From a virus (Duplodnaviria > Caudoviricetes), in IMG/VR virus record IMGVR_UViG_3300033463_000011, positions 96,001 to 160,000 of that record: a stretch of DNA of 64,000 nt. The stretch is one strand, 5' to 3'. The notes below the pieces were generated by a model, which saw only the letters and a program-made list of their open reading frames with translations, did not search any database and was not told the DNA's origin. A program made the position numbers and the translations under genes. Each line of letters begins with the position of its first letter. Within the stretch, counting starts at the first letter, position 1. Below are positions 48,636 to 57,411 of the stretch, piece after piece.

Positions 48636-48979
48636 AAATATATTGTTCAAAAAATAATCCTACTATAGACGATTTCATCGGCAAAGATGTTTGGGTAAAA
48701 TGTTATAGGTCTGATAGATATGATTTCAAGAGATTAGTTTATGTTAATCTCTACGATAAACTTGGCGAAGATCAGTACTACGGAAAAAATATATCGGCTA
48801 ATGTTATAGATGATATGCGCACGGTATTTGATCAATACATGGATGTTAGCGGAAGAGACGATGTGAGAGATTTTGTTGAAGGTGAACCTTGGGAGTTTCC
48901 TGCAAAGTTGGAATTATTCAAACCAGTAGAAATAATTACACATGATGAATTAATTGATATGCTAGGTGATGAGGAATGA
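48632..48979 (+). CDS. GKDxW-family paralog 36/40
   Basis: ATG 48632: MKIYCS...FIGKDVWVKC...KPVEIITHDEL. Confidence 0.88.
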   Translation: MKIYCSKNNPTIDDFIGKDVWVKCYRSDRYDFKRLVYVNLYDKLGEDQYYGKNISANVIDDMRTVFDQYMDVSGRDDVRDFVEGEPWEFPAKLELFKPVEIITHDELIDMLGDEE

Positions 48980-49305
48980 AAATATACGGATTTACAATAA
49001 ATAAGAAGCTAGATAGATTTGTAGGTAGAGATGTTTGGGTTAAAGTTTATCAAGACGCCGCTCCTGTTGTTACTGCACCTATTCTCTATATAAGAATTTT
49101 ATCCAGAGAAGGAAACAAACTTACACTAAACACACTGAATCCAGATATCGTTGAAAATAGCAGACACTGTAGAGATTTACGAATTATTTTTGAAAATATA
49201 GTAACTTGGCCTCAAGAAAGAATTTTACTAATAGAACCAGTTGAAGCATTAACAACAGAAGAACTAAAAGAGATAAACGAAGGAAATACAGATATAGTCG
49301 ATTGA
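48976..49305 (+). CDS. GKDxW-family paralog 37/40
   Basis: MKIYGF...LDRFVGRDVWVKV...EPVEALTTEEL. Confidence 0.88.
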   Translation: MKIYGFTINKKLDRFVGRDVWVKVYQDAAPVVTAPILYIRILSREGNKLTLNTLNPDIVENSRHCRDLRIIFENIVTWPQERILLIEPVEALTTEELKEINEGNTDIVD

Positions 49306-49370
49306 GAAGGTTTACAAAATGTAAACCTTTTTTACTATATATGATATCATAAAATACATAGGAGAATATT

Positions 49371-51263
49371 ATGGCAGATTCAAACCGTGGTCTGATTAAT
49401 TACGCTTCCCGAGATTATAATGCAATAATGGAGGAGTTTTGGGCATTAGTTCCAAAGCTCACTAATTTGTGGAAGCCAGAAGCAGACGCAGATCCTGGAG
49501 TGGTTTTAGGTAAGATATTGGCCTCAGCTGCAGATATGCTAGGAGTAAATGTTGATTACTTGGCCAACGAACTTTTTGCACCTTCAGTAGTTCAAAGGAA
49601 AGATGCAGAGAAAATATTTAGACTTATCGGATATGATTTAGGCTTTTATACTGCTGCAAGAACTGAAGTAACAATAACTAATAACACTTCAGATACAATG
49701 AATCTCGATTTTGGATTCAATGGAGCAAATTTTTGCACATTAAATGCTTATACCGACATTACTAACACTTCTCGAGTTATAACATATAACATATTGCCGA
49801 TGACAAATAGTTACGGTAACAATGAAAGCAGAAGTAGACGAAGTGTCCTTACGGATTATGTTGATGTGTTTGCAGAGTATGATACTGTTGCTTTAGAATC
49901 AGGTAAATCTGTAACTCGTGTAGCAATTGAAGGAGATTTAAGAAGCTATTCAATCGCTGTAGATGAGGTTGTTAAAAATAATTACATTATAACATTACCT
50001 TCTCAACACGTAGATACAACAGCTGTTTGGGTTAAGGGCAAAACATCTTCAGCAGCTACTTCATTCGATAAAACACAATGGATTCAGGTGTCTAATGTTG
50101 CAGAATTTAATACTGCAGAACCTAGATATTGCGTTACCTATGATAACTATTCTAATGCACAAATTACTATTTCTAATTATCTTAATCAGCTATCTAATTA
50201 CAGTGGATATGTATTAACTATTTTCTGGATTGATTGTTCTGGAGTAATTGGTTGCGTAGGTACTGATGTATTAGAAAATTTAGTTTTTGCTAAAACAACA
50301 AACAATCCTGAATATGCATCGGGAGAAATATTAGTATCTAATTTATCCAATACATTAGAGCTCCCACACACTTACACAGTAACTGGTAGGTCTCCAGAAA
50401 CAGCAAAAGAAGCCTACTATAATAGCAGAAATTATATCAACACTTGGGATAGTCTTGTAACACTTCCTGACTACACAAGATTCTTAAGAAGAGAAGCTGG
50501 AGTAGATTGTGGAGTAGTTATTGATTGTCAAAAAGCTGTTGAAATCAATTTAGCAATATATAAAGACGACAATTTAACAGATACACAGAAGAAGAAAATG
50601 TATATCACCAATAAGGACTTTGTACAAGGTTCATTAAGTGATGTTGATTGGGGCAAAGTTTTGAATTTGGATTTCAATCCTTCTGACCCAACTAAATTTG
50701 TTTTCTCAACTAATTTCAAGCCCTATACAGCAATGTGCTTTGCTATTCATAATGATTTCAAAGACGATGTGTGGGGACAAGGGCAAATTGATACCGCTCA
50801 AATTTCTAACACAACAAGTTTCGTTAGATATAGACCTCCGCAAATGTTTATTGATAATGTAATCGCAGATTATAAGCCTTTACAAGCAATGTCTGTTGAA
50901 GTGCAATTTGGTTCTTGCAGAGTATTTGACTTCTATGTAATCGGACAAATTTACACAACAAGACCCGTAACAGAAGATATTGCTAAGATAATATTAAGCA
51001 AAGCAAAAGAAGCATTGGCGCTTCATTTTGCTCCTGCTAATTCTGCATTCAACAAGAAGCCGACCGTTATGGAAGTTGTAGATGTAATTCAAGGCTGCGA
51101 TGAAAGAGTTAGATATTTTGACGCAGGTTCACCTTCAAATCCTGTAATTAAATGGCACGGTTGCGATATAGATTGCTTTAATTATATCTCGTTTGCTCGA
51201 CTGAATTTTCCTGAAAATGCTACAAATGCTTTGAGGATAGCTCCCGAATGCTTAATAAAGTGA
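49371..51263 (+). CDS. Baseplate wedge subunit, T4 gp6/gpJ-like
   Basis: NYASRDYNAI, DPGVVL, YLANELF...LIGYD, GRSPET...LVTLPDY. Confidence 0.8.
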   Translation: MADSNRGLINYASRDYNAIMEEFWALVPKLTNLWKPEADADPGVVLGKILASAADMLGVNVDYLANELFAPSVVQRKDAEKIFRLIGYDLGFYTAARTEVTITNNTSDTMNLDFGFNGANFCTLNAYTDITNTSRVITYNILPMTNSYGNNESRSRRSVLTDYVDVFAEYDTVALESGKSVTRVAIEGDLRSYSIAVDEVVKNNYIITLPSQHVDTTAVWVKGKTSSAATSFDKTQWIQVSNVAEFNTAEPRYCVTYDNYSNAQITISNYLNQLSNYSGYVLTIFWIDCSGVIGCVGTDVLENLVFAKTTNNPEYASGEILVSNLSNTLELPHTYTVTGRSPETAKEAYYNSRNYINTWDSLVTLPDYTRFLRREAGVDCGVVIDCQKAVEINLAIYKDDNLTDTQKKKMYITNKDFVQGSLSDVDWGKVLNLDFNPSDPTKFVFSTNFKPYTAMCFAIHNDFKDDVWGQGQIDTAQISNTTSFVRYRPPQMFIDNVIADYKPLQAMSVEVQFGSCRVFDFYVIGQIYTTRPVTEDIAKIILSKAKEALALHFAPANSAFNKKPTVMEVVDVIQGCDERVRYFDAGSPSNPVIKWHGCDIDCFNYISFARLNFPENATNALRIAPECLIK

Positions 51264-51454
51264 TACGTGAAGAAGAGATTAGGGCTAGAGAATTAGCCTC
51301 TAAAGTACTTGGAGACGAAGCAGAATCTCATGGAATTTGGAGGTTCATTCGTATCAAGATAGAAGATGACCCTAAGTATTCGAATCAATTGGAGTTATTT
51401 GCAATTTTAGATAAATATTTAACCTTAGGTTATATTAAAGGAAAGATAAAATGA
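51248..51454 (+). CDS. Small hypothetical protein
   Basis: Coupled ORF with GAGG RBS. Confidence 0.5.
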   Translation: MLNKVIREEEIRARELASKVLGDEAESHGIWRFIRIKIEDDPKYSNQLELFAILDKYLTLGYIKGKIK

Positions 51455-51822
51455 GGAGAAATATCATTAAGGTGTTTAATCAGATGAGTAATTTAATCAG
51501 TTTTATACAATTAAAGAACTTTAGCAAATATCTAGATTCAAATTACTGGATTCTTGCACATGAAACATTATCTCAAAATACTCTGTATATAAGGCCATTG
51601 TATATGTCCAGAGGTAAGTTATATTATAATTGTATTGGGCAAGGTTGGTTGGATCCGGAGGCACATCCATCTGATAGGCCATTTTCTGATAAATACTTGT
51701 TAGAGCATGTTAAAAACACATATCTTATGGATATAAAAATATTTCAGCCGCTTGATATATTTACAACCGATGAAATATTAGATTTTCTTAAAGATGTTCC
51801 TGTTACAGAAGGCGGTGTATAA
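51451..51822 (+). CDS. GKDxW-family paralog 38/40 (divergent, no tag)
   Basis: FSKYLDSNYWIL...LYIRPL...YYNCI...QPLDIFTTDEIL. Confidence 0.7.
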   Translation: MRRNIIKVFNQMSNLISFIQLKNFSKYLDSNYWILAHETLSQNTLYIRPLYMSRGKLYYNCIGQGWLDPEAHPSDRPFSDKYLLEHVKNTYLMDIKIFQPLDIFTTDEILDFLKDVPVTEGGV

Positions 51823-52092
51823 ATGAAAATATACGCAACCGGAGTTCATAATGATATACTAAACAAAATAGTTGGTAAAGAATTATGGATAGAGGGTTCT
51901 TTAGAGCCCGATGACGAACCTGTGTATACATGGATACAGATAGCCGAAATAGATACATATGATGAGTCTTGTTATATTCATTTCGTAGATAATTGCATAA
52001 TCCGCTGTTTTTGGTGCCCAATTAATAATATTTCACTCAAATTTCCATATAATATCATAACAACTGACGAATTATCTGAATTGACATTATGA
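51823..52092 (+). CDS. GKDxW-family paralog 39/40
   Basis: MKIYAT...IVGKELWI...FPYNIITTDEL. Confidence 0.88.
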   Translation: MKIYATGVHNDILNKIVGKELWIEGSLEPDDEPVYTWIQIAEIDTYDESCYIHFVDNCIIRCFWCPINNISLKFPYNIITTDELSELTL

Positions 52093-52439
52093 AAATATAC
52101 GCTAACAATTCAATCAAATCAATTTTAGACAAATTTATCGGCAAAGATTTGTGGATAAGAGTTCAGTTATGCGATCATATACCATATAGCATGTATTGGA
52201 TAATTATATTAGATAAATTTGAAAATCTTGACGGAACTTATTCTTATCATATAATGAAAGCACCTTCAACAGATAAAATTTTTGACGACTATTCATACAA
52301 CACGCTTTCTAGAAAAATACGTAGCCGAATAGCAGAAAGAGATTCTGATTTTGTTTTTGACATTAGTTGTGATAAAATTAGATTGACTAAGCCTCTTGAT
52401 GTAGCAACAACTGAAGAATTGTTTGGAGAACAAGAATGA
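52089..52439 (+). CDS. GKDxW-family paralog 40/40
   Basis: MKIYAN...LDKFIGKDLWI...KPLDVATTEELFG. Confidence 0.88.
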   Translation: MKIYANNSIKSILDKFIGKDLWIRVQLCDHIPYSMYWIIILDKFENLDGTYSYHIMKAPSTDKIFDDYSYNTLSRKIRSRIAERDSDFVFDISCDKIRLTKPLDVATTEELFGEQE

Positions 52440-53503
52440 AAATTAGAGATATAGCAGTACCCGAAGTATACGAAAAGTCAGCCGATTTTAGGTTTTTCTT
52501 AAAATGGTTCGATTACGCATTATCAAAAACACAATATGATACTGCTAATATGGTTGATTTATACGATCCATTACGGTGTCCTAAAGACTTGTTATGGATG
52601 CTTGGAGATACGATGGGCTATCAATATGACGACCGAGATGGATTATGCGAGGCGTTTAATCGATTTGTAATGCTCTACTTTATGTCTATGATAAGATATA
52701 AGGGCAGCCAACTTGGAGTTACACTTGCTGCAGAAGTTAATCTTAAGCAAAAAGATATTAATGATTATGGTAAGGAAAATGAGATACTTTATAGCCGATT
52801 AGAAGACACATCAATTCCAAATAATTCAGTATATGTAGAATCAAATGTCGATTCAGGATATATTAATGTAGTATATTTTACTGATGAAACACCAATTGAT
52901 ACTTGTATAGAGTATGTAAGGCCTTTAGGAATGTATTGTTTTCAATATGCAGGCGTTAGAATTGATTCAAACACAAAGATTTCTGTAGATGCAAGATTAG
53001 CAAAAGCAACTGATGCTACAGGAATAGTTGGACCTACAAAGGTGGGACACTATAATCGAAACGACTACGCAAGATTGCAGAAGATGAAACATGAATCTGC
53101 TCCTGAATTATTAAACACAAGCGATACTCGCAGAATGGTTTATTCTAATAATTCTGAAATAGAAGGAGACCCTAAAGTTAACGCAGGTTACAGAGCACTT
53201 AACTCGCTGCAAATGGCTAACAATGAACACATTGTTAAGTCGTTATTTAGCAAACCTATATTCAACTTAGGCTATGGTCCGAGATTAGAAGTTGATACGA
53301 TTGTAGACACTGATGTGAACGATCCTAAATTCAATCTTAAGTATAACAGAACAACTGATTTACAATCATATGATGATTATTATCCTACTACAGAGCATCT
53401 GCCTGTGGATACTCTTGATACAAGTAAAACATCTACTCCAGTAGATCCTAAGCCTAAGGTCAATGGAATTATGACACAATTCGGTGAACAGCTAGATACG
53501 TGA
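52436..53503 (+). CDS. Baseplate protein, P2 gpI-like N-terminus
   Basis: DLYDPLRCPKDLLWMLGDTMGY...IRYKGS...YVRPLG. Confidence 0.65.
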   Translation: MKIRDIAVPEVYEKSADFRFFLKWFDYALSKTQYDTANMVDLYDPLRCPKDLLWMLGDTMGYQYDDRDGLCEAFNRFVMLYFMSMIRYKGSQLGVTLAAEVNLKQKDINDYGKENEILYSRLEDTSIPNNSVYVESNVDSGYINVVYFTDETPIDTCIEYVRPLGMYCFQYAGVRIDSNTKISVDARLAKATDATGIVGPTKVGHYNRNDYARLQKMKHESAPELLNTSDTRRMVYSNNSEIEGDPKVNAGYRALNSLQMANNEHIVKSLFSKPIFNLGYGPRLEVDTIVDTDVNDPKFNLKYNRTTDLQSYDDYYPTTEHLPVDTLDTSKTSTPVDPKPKVNGIMTQFGEQLDT

Positions 53504-53515
53504 TGAGGTGATTAT

Positions 53516-53848
53516 ATGGCAGATAAATTTAGATTAGCTCAAGGCCCTGCAGTAATAGCAACACCTGAAGAAGTAGCTAAAGAAACAGATCCCGGATATA
53601 CTAGACCAAATCTTCACAGAAGAATTGATAACGATATCGGGATAATGCCAAACGAAGACGCATATTTTCTAACATCGGAAGGTTACTATTTAACCACAGA
53701 AGATGATTATTGCATATTAGTAAGTGTTCCTGAATCTGTTTCTTCATATCTATATCATTATGATATAACTGTAGGTGGAGTACAATCATTTAGAACATCT
53801 ACTACAACAATTCACAACGAAGATGATAACTCATCGGAGATACCATAA
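53516..53848 (+). CDS. Hypothetical structural protein
   Basis: GAGGTG RBS; FLTSEGYYLTTED motif. Confidence 0.65.
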   Translation: MADKFRLAQGPAVIATPEEVAKETDPGYTRPNLHRRIDNDIGIMPNEDAYFLTSEGYYLTTEDDYCILVSVPESVSSYLYHYDITVGGVQSFRTSTTTIHNEDDNSSEIP

Positions 53849-53951
53849 TCGTTATAATTAATAGAGGTCACGAATTTATAACCTTTTATTAAATTACTGG
53901 CACAATTAATAGAAAACATCATATCTACGGAGAACGCTGGAGATAATTCAA

Positions 53952-55364
53952 ATGTCGAATAATATGAATCCACTTGACATTATTAAACGACTTGATGTGA
54001 AACAAAACGTCACTATAAGAGTTATAGATGAACCTACTGGAAAAGTAGTTCAAGAACATATCGGACACAACGCTGCTACTAATTCTTTGCTTACAGGAAT
54101 AGCACATTATCTTATGGGAGATGGAGTTCTTAATCAAGCTAAAGACACATTATCAATGTGGATTCCACAATACATTTCATTAGGAACAATGGGGCTTACT
54201 TCTCAAGATGCAGAAGATTACCTTCCTGTAGGATTAGGATACACTCCAGTTGCTCCTGCAAATGCAACTGAAAATGAGAAAAAGTTAAACGAAGAATTAA
54301 GATTTTCTGAATATGTAAATCAGTCTCCTGGATTTGGCGCAGATGGATACGATGCATACACAAACAACGACAGAGAGTGGTTCGGGTTAGGTAGGCCATA
54401 TTCCAGCAAACCTGCTAAAGCGGTTCAGGATTTTTATAACAAAGACGATGAATATATTCTTACATCAACTCCATTAACTGGTACAAAGGATAGCGTAATT
54501 TCATTAATCATATATCCTTATGGAGAAATTAATCAAGATATGCATGATACATCTATTTCAAGAATAGCAGTATCTGTAGATGATTACGATATATCATTAA
54601 ATGATAACAATCAGTACGAGCTGACAATATCGACAGCTATTCCCGATGGCAGTAGAATTGCATTGATATATACAGTTGAAAGCAAAGATGCTGCTAATTG
54701 TGAGCTTATACAAGCTGATACACTCAGAAGTAAGATAACTTATAGGAATTTAATTCCGGAAGTGCAATCTGAAATTCCTAATACTTTAGACGTAATCTAT
54801 TCTGCGTTTGTATCAACTGGTGCATTAAAAGAATTCAGAGGAGATAATGATTACATTTATATAACTGAAGCAGGATTATGGTCAAAGCCATATTATAATA
54901 ATAGCGGAGATAACGGACTCCTTGCCGGTTATAGAATTATGCCAACAGATGATGAAGTGTTAGAACTTGCTCTCGAAGAAACCTTTACAGGTGACGGAAT
55001 TACAACTGAGTTCACACTTGAGCAGACTGCAATTGAAATTAGCTCAGTTCAAGTTAACGGAGAATTTGTATCAGACTATAATTTAGACACTAGTACAAAT
55101 AAAGTGGTGTTTGTTGAAGCACCTTCAGATTCTGCAGAAATAATAGTCATTTATGTATATAAGACAACTGATTCTTGGAAGAATATGTCAATTCCAGAAA
55201 ATAGAGAAGCAGTTCAAAAAAGTATCATAAGAATAGGAACTAATCAAGTAGCTCAAGTTATTTGGAAATTACAGCTTGGAGGACTTGAACAGCTTAATGG
55301 ATTAAGGTACATTTATCCTTCTCAATATCCTAAAGAAGTTTGGAATGTTTGGAGTACATCATGA
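53952..55364 (+). CDS. Tail/baseplate structural protein with an Ig-like insert
   Basis: HNAATNSLL, ITEAGLWS, TFTGDGITTEFTL...VQVNG; AACCTT at 53880. Confidence 0.6.
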   Translation: MSNNMNPLDIIKRLDVKQNVTIRVIDEPTGKVVQEHIGHNAATNSLLTGIAHYLMGDGVLNQAKDTLSMWIPQYISLGTMGLTSQDAEDYLPVGLGYTPVAPANATENEKKLNEELRFSEYVNQSPGFGADGYDAYTNNDREWFGLGRPYSSKPAKAVQDFYNKDDEYILTSTPLTGTKDSVISLIIYPYGEINQDMHDTSISRIAVSVDDYDISLNDNNQYELTISTAIPDGSRIALIYTVESKDAANCELIQADTLRSKITYRNLIPEVQSEIPNTLDVIYSAFVSTGALKEFRGDNDYIYITEAGLWSKPYYNNSGDNGLLAGYRIMPTDDEVLELALEETFTGDGITTEFTLEQTAIEISSVQVNGEFVSDYNLDTSTNKVVFVEAPSDSAEIIVIYVYKTTDSWKNMSIPENREAVQKSIIRIGTNQVAQVIWKLQLGGLEQLNGLRYIYPSQYPKEVWNVWSTS

Positions 55365-55696
55365 TTATTAAGAATTTAAACATCACAGCAAGCAGTTGGT
55401 TAGGCGAATACAACGCAGATTATTCATTAGAACAGCTAAATGAAAATATAGCGTATCCTTTGCAGGATATGGTTGAGGGATACTATAATGATATTCAAGT
55501 ATTTTTCCGGCCGTATATTGTAGATGGGCATGTTGAGGTAGATTGCAGTGTACCTGATATTGATGCATTTACAATATATGCGAAAATTGACAATAGAAAA
55601 ATAAAATCTTGTAAAGATTTAGAAAAATTAGTACCCGAATTATTCTTGCAGTTTGACGACAAATATACTAAGTTAACTAGTTATGATGAGGAATAA
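55361..55696 (+). CDS. Hypothetical protein with N-terminal NITAS motif
   Basis: ATG 55361 overlaps the upstream stop; GGAG RBS. Confidence 0.7.
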   Translation: MIIKNLNITASSWLGEYNADYSLEQLNENIAYPLQDMVEGYYNDIQVFFRPYIVDGHVEVDCSVPDIDAFTIYAKIDNRKIKSCKDLEKLVPELFLQFDDKYTKLTSYDEE

Positions 55697-55750
55697 CCTT
55701 TAATCATATCGTATGAACAGGATATGATACAAGGTATTGGAGAAGATAAA

Positions 55751-56116
55751 ATGGACAACGAACTTTTATTTACACCGGCAGCTCTTCTTGACTTCTTATT
55801 ACAAATAGACGAGTTAGCTAATTATGAAATCTCTGTACAAGAATCACCTAACGGAGTGCAAGTCCAGATAGGTGATTCTTCTTATGCAATTAGATTCTTA
55901 GATGCTGAACCTGTTGAAGTACCTAATGAAGTTGTAGAAGAAGTTGGCAATATAAACGAAGAAACATATCAAGAAATTGCTAATACAGATTATAATCAAG
56001 TAGATGATGAACCTGTAGAGGCAGGAATAATCAGCGAACTGATTAAAACATTAGCAGTAGGTGGCATGGTAAGATTAACAGGCAAGCTGCTTGGAAATGA
56101 TATAAAGGGGAAGTAA
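55751..56116 (+). CDS. Acidic hypothetical protein, possibly head-associated
   Basis: ATG 55751 after GGAG (track start 55724); AACCTT at 55695. Confidence 0.7.
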   Translation: MDNELLFTPAALLDFLLQIDELANYEISVQESPNGVQVQIGDSSYAIRFLDAEPVEVPNEVVEEVGNINEETYQEIANTDYNQVDDEPVEAGIISELIKTLAVGGMVRLTGKLLGNDIKGK

Positions 56117-56118
56117 TC

Positions 56119-57237
56119 ATGAAAAGAAGATTTACAAAATATCCTTCAAACTATGTAGGTGCTGCATCTGAAACATCTGGTGCGGCTATGCGTAGAAAGA
56201 AAAGAGAAGCTGAGCAAAAAGGCACAGAAGGCGCTGAACTTTTAGCTACCGATGGAGAATGGGAGCTGTGGACTCCTCATACATTTGAAGCTTCTGTTTA
56301 TTTAGCAAACAAGGGCGGTAACAAAGCAATTTGGGATACAGCATACGAAGGTGGTGGATCTCATTACTTCGATATGTATACCGAAAAGGGTCCGCTTTAT
56401 ATATTTATCAACAAAGCAACAGGTGAAAAATACCAATCTCACCCCGCTACTAAGTCTTGGTTCTTTGATGCAAAAGATAGAAACTATGGTAGAGACGCAC
56501 TTGAAGCATTCTGCTGCAAGCATCCAGCATTTGCAGAATTCTTTGATGTAAAATGCGACGAAGATATCGAAGGTTGCGGAGATATCAAAGCGTCTACCGG
56601 AGTAATAGCCTCTAGTTGTGATTACTTTATTGATAACGGAGCTGGTTTAGGTACACTCGGTGAAAAATTCACATTAGGTGAACTTAAAACAGAATATTAT
56701 AGATTATGTGCAGAAGATGACCCTATTTGTGCAGAATATGGTTCATTTGAAGCGTGGCTTGATGATACACTGGATTCCGGTTTACTTACATGCTATAATG
56801 ATTATGATACTATTGATGCTTGTGGTCCTGTTGAATCTTGTGGAGATATCAACGCATGTGGAGATACAAGATATGCAGCAGATATGAGCAATTGTATTAA
56901 TTGTAGTGACGATGCAGTATATGAACTTGCTTCGAATCTTGTACATGATTACTTTGATTCATTCATTAAAGACGCAGAAAAGAATAATTTAGGTTTTATA
57001 GTAGATGACGATATATTTGTATATGCAGTAGACGAAGCAGTAAATACTGGTTCATTTTCAGAGTGTATTAACTTTGTAGTTGATGCAATTAACGCAGACC
57101 CCGATGATGATATTGACGGTATTGTAGATGATATGGTAGATGAATGTGTAACTACATTATATGATATGTCCGATATTATTAAATTGTTTAAGAAATACGA
57201 TAAATTCAAAGATATGCCTGATTGGTATTTTGATTGA
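56119..57237 (+). CDS. Multi-domain protein: WCTA-type domain (homologous to 8406 and 10107) plus acidic domains separated by I/V-x-A/S/G-C/S linkers
   Basis: DGEWELWTPHT...WDTA...GPLYIFINK..GEKYQSH...WFFD; linkers IEGCGDIKASTGVIASS and IDACGPVESCGDINACG. Confidence 0.8.
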   Translation: MKRRFTKYPSNYVGAASETSGAAMRRKKREAEQKGTEGAELLATDGEWELWTPHTFEASVYLANKGGNKAIWDTAYEGGGSHYFDMYTEKGPLYIFINKATGEKYQSHPATKSWFFDAKDRNYGRDALEAFCCKHPAFAEFFDVKCDEDIEGCGDIKASTGVIASSCDYFIDNGAGLGTLGEKFTLGELKTEYYRLCAEDDPICAEYGSFEAWLDDTLDSGLLTCYNDYDTIDACGPVESCGDINACGDTRYAADMSNCINCSDDAVYELASNLVHDYFDSFIKDAEKNNLGFIVDDDIFVYAVDEAVNTGSFSECINFVVDAINADPDDDIDGIVDDMVDECVTTLYDMSDIIKLFKKYDKFKDMPDWYFD

Positions 57238-57242
57238 TACTA

Positions 57243-57271
57243 TTGATTATATACAAATGATATCTTATAAT
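57243..57271 (+). promoter_or_regulatory. Sigma70/SigA-type promoter
   Basis: TTGATT-17 nt-TATAAT. Confidence 0.7.
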
Positions 57272-57276
57272 ATGGT

Positions 57277-57400
57277 TGCTAAAAGAAATTTATAAGATAT
57301 CTAAATAGCTGTACTGAGGATGTTCCTCTGTATTATATAAACACCGCCTATCTTATGAATTTCTTTTAGCATAGAATTCTATCCGGCGGTGTTTTATTTT
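57277..57400 (+). ncRNA. Candidate structured RNA or regulatory leader (pseudoknot or switch)
   Basis: 23-bp pairing 57277-57299/57349-57371 interleaved with 10-bp pairing 57339-57348/57385-57394, followed by a T-rich run. Confidence 0.5.
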
Positions 57401-57411
57401 AGGAGAACAAA

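Noticed and set aside
40568-49305. CRISPR array or diversity-generating retroelement as the explanation for the repeats
   Set aside because: The repeats are degenerate protein-coding motifs, not identical DNA repeats with spacers. No reverse transcriptase or adenine-specific TR/VR pair is visible in the window.
40568-49305. True integron cassette array
   Set aside because: Genes overlap or abut, leaving no room for attC sites, and no tyrosine integrase is present in the window.
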